DNA of 64,000 nucleotides from a bacterium (GTDB lineage Bacteria; SAR324; XYD2-FULL-50-16): NCBI GenBank assembly GCA_032250835.1, contig JAVVEA010000011.1, positions 18,211 to 82,210 of the forward strand, read 5' to 3'. Shown piece by piece: positions 61,378 to 64,000 of this stretch (position 1 is its first letter; each line of letters starts with the position of its first letter). The notes under the pieces were generated by a model. It saw only the letters and a program-made list of their open reading frames with translations, ran no database searches and was not told where the DNA came from. The position numbers and the translations under genes were made by a program.

Positions 61378-62528
61378 AGCCCCCGTTCTTTAAGCAAGGC
61401 ACCCACCCGTCCAGCAAAGCGGTCTTGGTCAAAGAGCCTAAAGAAGCGTTCCTTGCCGCTCAAGCCCATCCCTTCGCGCAGGCGGCGGTCCCGGCAGAGT
61501 TCCTCTAGCGCAGCGGCCCAAGCCTCTCGGTCCTTAGGCAGCAACAAACGACCACTAACCCCCGGTTCCACCCATTCTTCCATCCCGCCCGTTGACGACG
61601 CCAAGACAGGCCGACCCAGCAGCATGGCTTCCATCGGTACCTGCCAAGCCTCGCTAGGTTGGGGCAGCGCCAAAAGATCAAAGGCTGCCACCGCCTGGGC
61701 GGGGCCCCCCCATTCGTCGGGCAAGATCACCCGCTTGCCGAGGTCCAAGCGCCGCACCTCGTCAGACCAAAGGCGTCGTTCTCCAGCGCCGCCCAATAGG
61801 GCCAAACGCAGGGGGCTTTTCACCAGCGCCAAAGCTCCAATCAGCCAAAGCGCCGCTGGTCCAGGTTCTAGTGCACCGACCAGCAATTCTTCGTCCAACA
61901 CCCCCCAGGCGCTACGGAGCGCTGCCCCATCAGCGCGTACACGCTGATCCTGCTCGGGCAGACAGGGTGGCAAAGCGGCCCAGCGACCGGGCTTGACCCC
62001 TCGGTAGTCCATCAACCGCCGACCAGCAAAGGCGCTGACGGCGACCCACTGATCCACTTCTTGCAGCAGGACCTGATCGGCTTGCATCTGGGCGGCGTCT
62101 TGGGGTCGGTGTGAAGGCTGCAAAAAACGTAAGAAAATCTGCCCAATCCCCGCCGCACGGGCCGCTGCGGCCAGCCTCCGGCAGGCCTCGCGTCCTTCGT
62201 CGGCTTCGCTATAAATCCACAACAGGTCAGCCTTCATAGGTTTTAAGCTGGCCGCAATCAATTCCTGGCGGGATTTATCCACACCACTCAAGCGACGCAA
62301 GGTGGCAATCGGCCGAGCTAACCAACTAGGCGATTGGGCCGCTAGGCCCAAGTTCAGCGGCTGGCTACTAAAGGACAGGCTCGCCGCTTCCTGGGCTAAA
62401 GGGCTTTGGGGGGCGTAAGCCCAGGTTAGTTCAAATTCTTTATTTAAAGGGGCCAAGGCCTTCAACTCGGCTAAAGTCGCCGGGCCTGTAGTGGCGTCCG
62501 TATAGATCAACAGCTTTTTCTTCACCAA
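61374..62528 (-). CDS. Glycosyltransferase family 4-like protein (divergent)
   Basis: EAMLLGRPVLASSTGGMEEWVEPGVSGRLL. Likely TTG/GTG start near 62525-62528 (ORF track start 62630). Confidence 0.78.
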   Translation of the reverse strand: MVKKKLLIYTDATTGPATLAELKALAPLNKEFELTWAYAPQSPLAQEAASLSFSSQPLNLGLAAQSPSWLARPIATLRRLSGVDKSRQELIAASLKPMKADLLWIYSEADEGREACRRLAAAARAAGIGQIFLRFLQPSHRPQDAAQMQADQVLLQEVDQWVAVSAFAGRRLMDYRGVKPGRWAALPPCLPEQDQRVRADGAALRSAWGVLDEELLVGALEPGPAALWLIGALALVKSPLRLALLGGAGERRLWSDEVRRLDLGKRVILPDEWGGPAQAVAAFDLLALPQPSEAWQVPMEAMLLGRPVLASSTGGMEEWVEPGVSGRLLLPKDREAWAAALEELCRDRRLREGMGLSGKERFFRLFDQDRFAGRVGALLKERGL

Positions 62529-62794
62529 AACCTTCGGGGGAGGGGGATTGCCCTTTATGTTATCAGTCTCCAGCCCATTAAAGCAAAGCTTATGCCGAAG
62601 GCCCAGCCCAACGGTCTTTAGGCCACCCAAGTCACCTCAGACAGGGTTTTTGCAGGCTCAATCCAGCTTGAATGCGTCCCGTCCTTGCCACAAAGCCCCC
62701 ACTCAGGCAAAATCGGCTACACAACATGGTTCACGCGCACCACGGAGCTTTGCCCGGTGGCTACGCCTATCTCGCCAACCCCATGGGGCCCGAT

Positions 62795-63826
62795 ATGACC
62801 GAGACCTTTAAAGGCAAAACCCTATTGATCACCGGTGGCACCGGTTCCTTTGGAAACGCTGTATTGGACAGTTTTTTATCCGAAGAGCTAGCCGAAATCC
62901 GCATCTTTTCTCGGGACGAAAAAAAGCAGCATGACCTGCGCACCCGACTAGAATCCGACAAGGTAAAGTTTTACATCGGTGACGTACGTGATCCCGCTTC
63001 GGTGGAGTCGGCCATGGTGGGCGTAGACTATGTGTTTCATGCCGCCGCGCTCAAGCAGGTGCCCAGCTGCGAATTCCATCCTCTTGAAGCCGTCAAAACC
63101 AACATCCTCGGTACCGACAACGTCCTCACCGCCGCTATCCGCCAGCAGGTAAGCCGGGTGATTTGCCTCTCTACCGACAAAGCCGTGGCCCCCTTAAACG
63201 CCATGGGCATTTCCAAAGCGATGATGGAAAAGGTGATGGTCGCCAAGAGCCGCACGGTGCGAGACCAAAGGACCGTCTTGTGCGCTACGCGCTACGGGAA
63301 CGTGATGGCCAGCCGGGGTAGTGTGATCCCGCACTTTATCGGCCAGATCAAAGCCGGGGCCCCGATCACGGTGACCGACCCCAACATGACCCGATTCTTG
63401 ATGCCCTTAAGCGATGCCATTGAATTGGTGCTCTTTGCCTTTTCTAAAGGCCACCAGGGAGACACCTTTGTTAAGAAGGCCCCAGCCTGCACCATTGAGG
63501 CCCTGGCCTTGGCTCTCTTAGAGGTCTTTGACGCCAAAAATGAAATCAAAGTGATCGGCACCCGCCACGGCGAAAAGCAACACGAATCGCTCTTGGGCCG
63601 CGAAGAGCTGCTACGTGCTCAGGACATGGGCGACTACTACCGCGTACCCGCCGACTCTCGGGACCTAAATTACAGCCTCTATTTTACCGAAGGGGAGCCG
63701 GAACTCAATAAGGAAGAAGACTATAATTCCTCGAACACCTATCAGTTGACCCACCAGGAGATCAAAGACAAGCTCCTGGCCCTTGACTATGTCCAAGCAG
63801 AGCTAAAAACATGGCCCGCGTCCTGA
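62795..63826 (+). CDS. fnlA: UDP-GlcNAc 4,6-dehydratase/5-epimerase, FnlA/WbjB/CapE type
   Basis: TGGTGSFG, FSRDEKKQ, HAAALKQVPSCEF, STDKAV, RYGNVMASRGSVIP, GTRHGEKQHE, YNSSNT. Confidence 0.88.
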   Translation: MTETFKGKTLLITGGTGSFGNAVLDSFLSEELAEIRIFSRDEKKQHDLRTRLESDKVKFYIGDVRDPASVESAMVGVDYVFHAAALKQVPSCEFHPLEAVKTNILGTDNVLTAAIRQQVSRVICLSTDKAVAPLNAMGISKAMMEKVMVAKSRTVRDQRTVLCATRYGNVMASRGSVIPHFIGQIKAGAPITVTDPNMTRFLMPLSDAIELVLFAFSKGHQGDTFVKKAPACTIEALALALLEVFDAKNEIKVIGTRHGEKQHESLLGREELLRAQDMGDYYRVPADSRDLNYSLYFTEGEPELNKEEDYNSSNTYQLTHQEIKDKLLALDYVQAELKTWPAS

Positions 63827-64000
63827 TCACCGGTGCCCAAGGATTTTTGGGCAGCAACCTAGCTTGGTGGTTCCGCTCCCGTCAGATCCAGGCAGACTTC
63901 CAAAAACAGGCCATCGACCCCGTTGAGCTACTGTTCTATACCCGCCAAAACCAGCCCGAAGAGTTGGCGGCTTTGGTCGCCCAAGCGGACTTTGTGTATC
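63811..64000 (+). CDS. fnlB: FnlB/WbjC/CapF-type reductase-epimerase (5' part only, runs off the window end)
   Basis: MARVLITGAQGFLGSNL..LFYTRQ..LAALVAQADFVY, overlapping the end of fnlA. Confidence 0.75.
   Translation, partial: MARVLITGAQGFLGSNLAWWFRSRQIQADFQKQAIDPVELLFYTRQNQPEELAALVAQADFVY

Noticed and set aside
2246-62794. Upstream extensions of several track ORFs (2246, 2930, 5222, 21909, 31879, 36666, 46297, 62672)
   Set aside because: Family homology and RBS placement begin at downstream starts, and the extensions overlap promoters or neighbouring genes.
20036-64000. Possible selenoproteins (in-frame TGA read-through) suggested by selB
   Set aside because: I saw no ORF broken by TGA at a conserved Cys position. 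A SECIS search was not possible by eye, so this is unsupported rather than excluded.
1-64000. Prophage, IS or integrative element
   Set aside because: No integrase, transposase, phage structural gene or tRNA attachment site was seen.

Overview
Bacterial chromosomal window, moderately GC-rich and densely coding. I found no rRNA, tRNA, CRISPR array, transposase or integrase. The left half (1-36.6 kb) is mixed housekeeping. Iron genes: feoAB, a bacteriohemerythrin, bfd plus two complementary bacterioferritin subunits, and yaaA. Others: hisHF, nadABC, selB, a eukaryote-type UDP-glucose pyrophosphorylase, a csoR-copZ-copA copper operon with its operator, an ABC-F ATPase, mobA and a hybrid histidine kinase. 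This half also has two surface lipoproteins that share an unusual Cys-containing Ig-like module, and a CHAT-STAND-TPR protein whose catalytic motifs have decayed. The right half (36.7-64 kb) is a large surface-glycan locus. It opens with a GDP-linked legionaminic-acid-type pathway (legB, legC, two neuD-like, ptmA-like, legI, legG, ptmE-like). That runs without a break into an unexplained nine-ORF module: GmhA-like isomerase, two HldE-like proteins, two paralogous radical SAM enzymes with an auxiliary-cluster motif, a DHS-fold protein, a split and truncated transketolase, and a nearly Cys-free IscU/NifU-like protein. After it come glycosyltransferases, an ABC flippase-like exporter and fnlA/fnlB. 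The best candidate for an undescribed system is this radical-SAM/transketolase sugar module. Two signals are missing from the supplied ORF track: a 25-codon membrane-peptide gene with its own promoter, structured leader and terminator, and a 3-codon uORF/attenuator upstream of the ABC-F gene. All family calls come from motifs recognised by eye; no database search was run.
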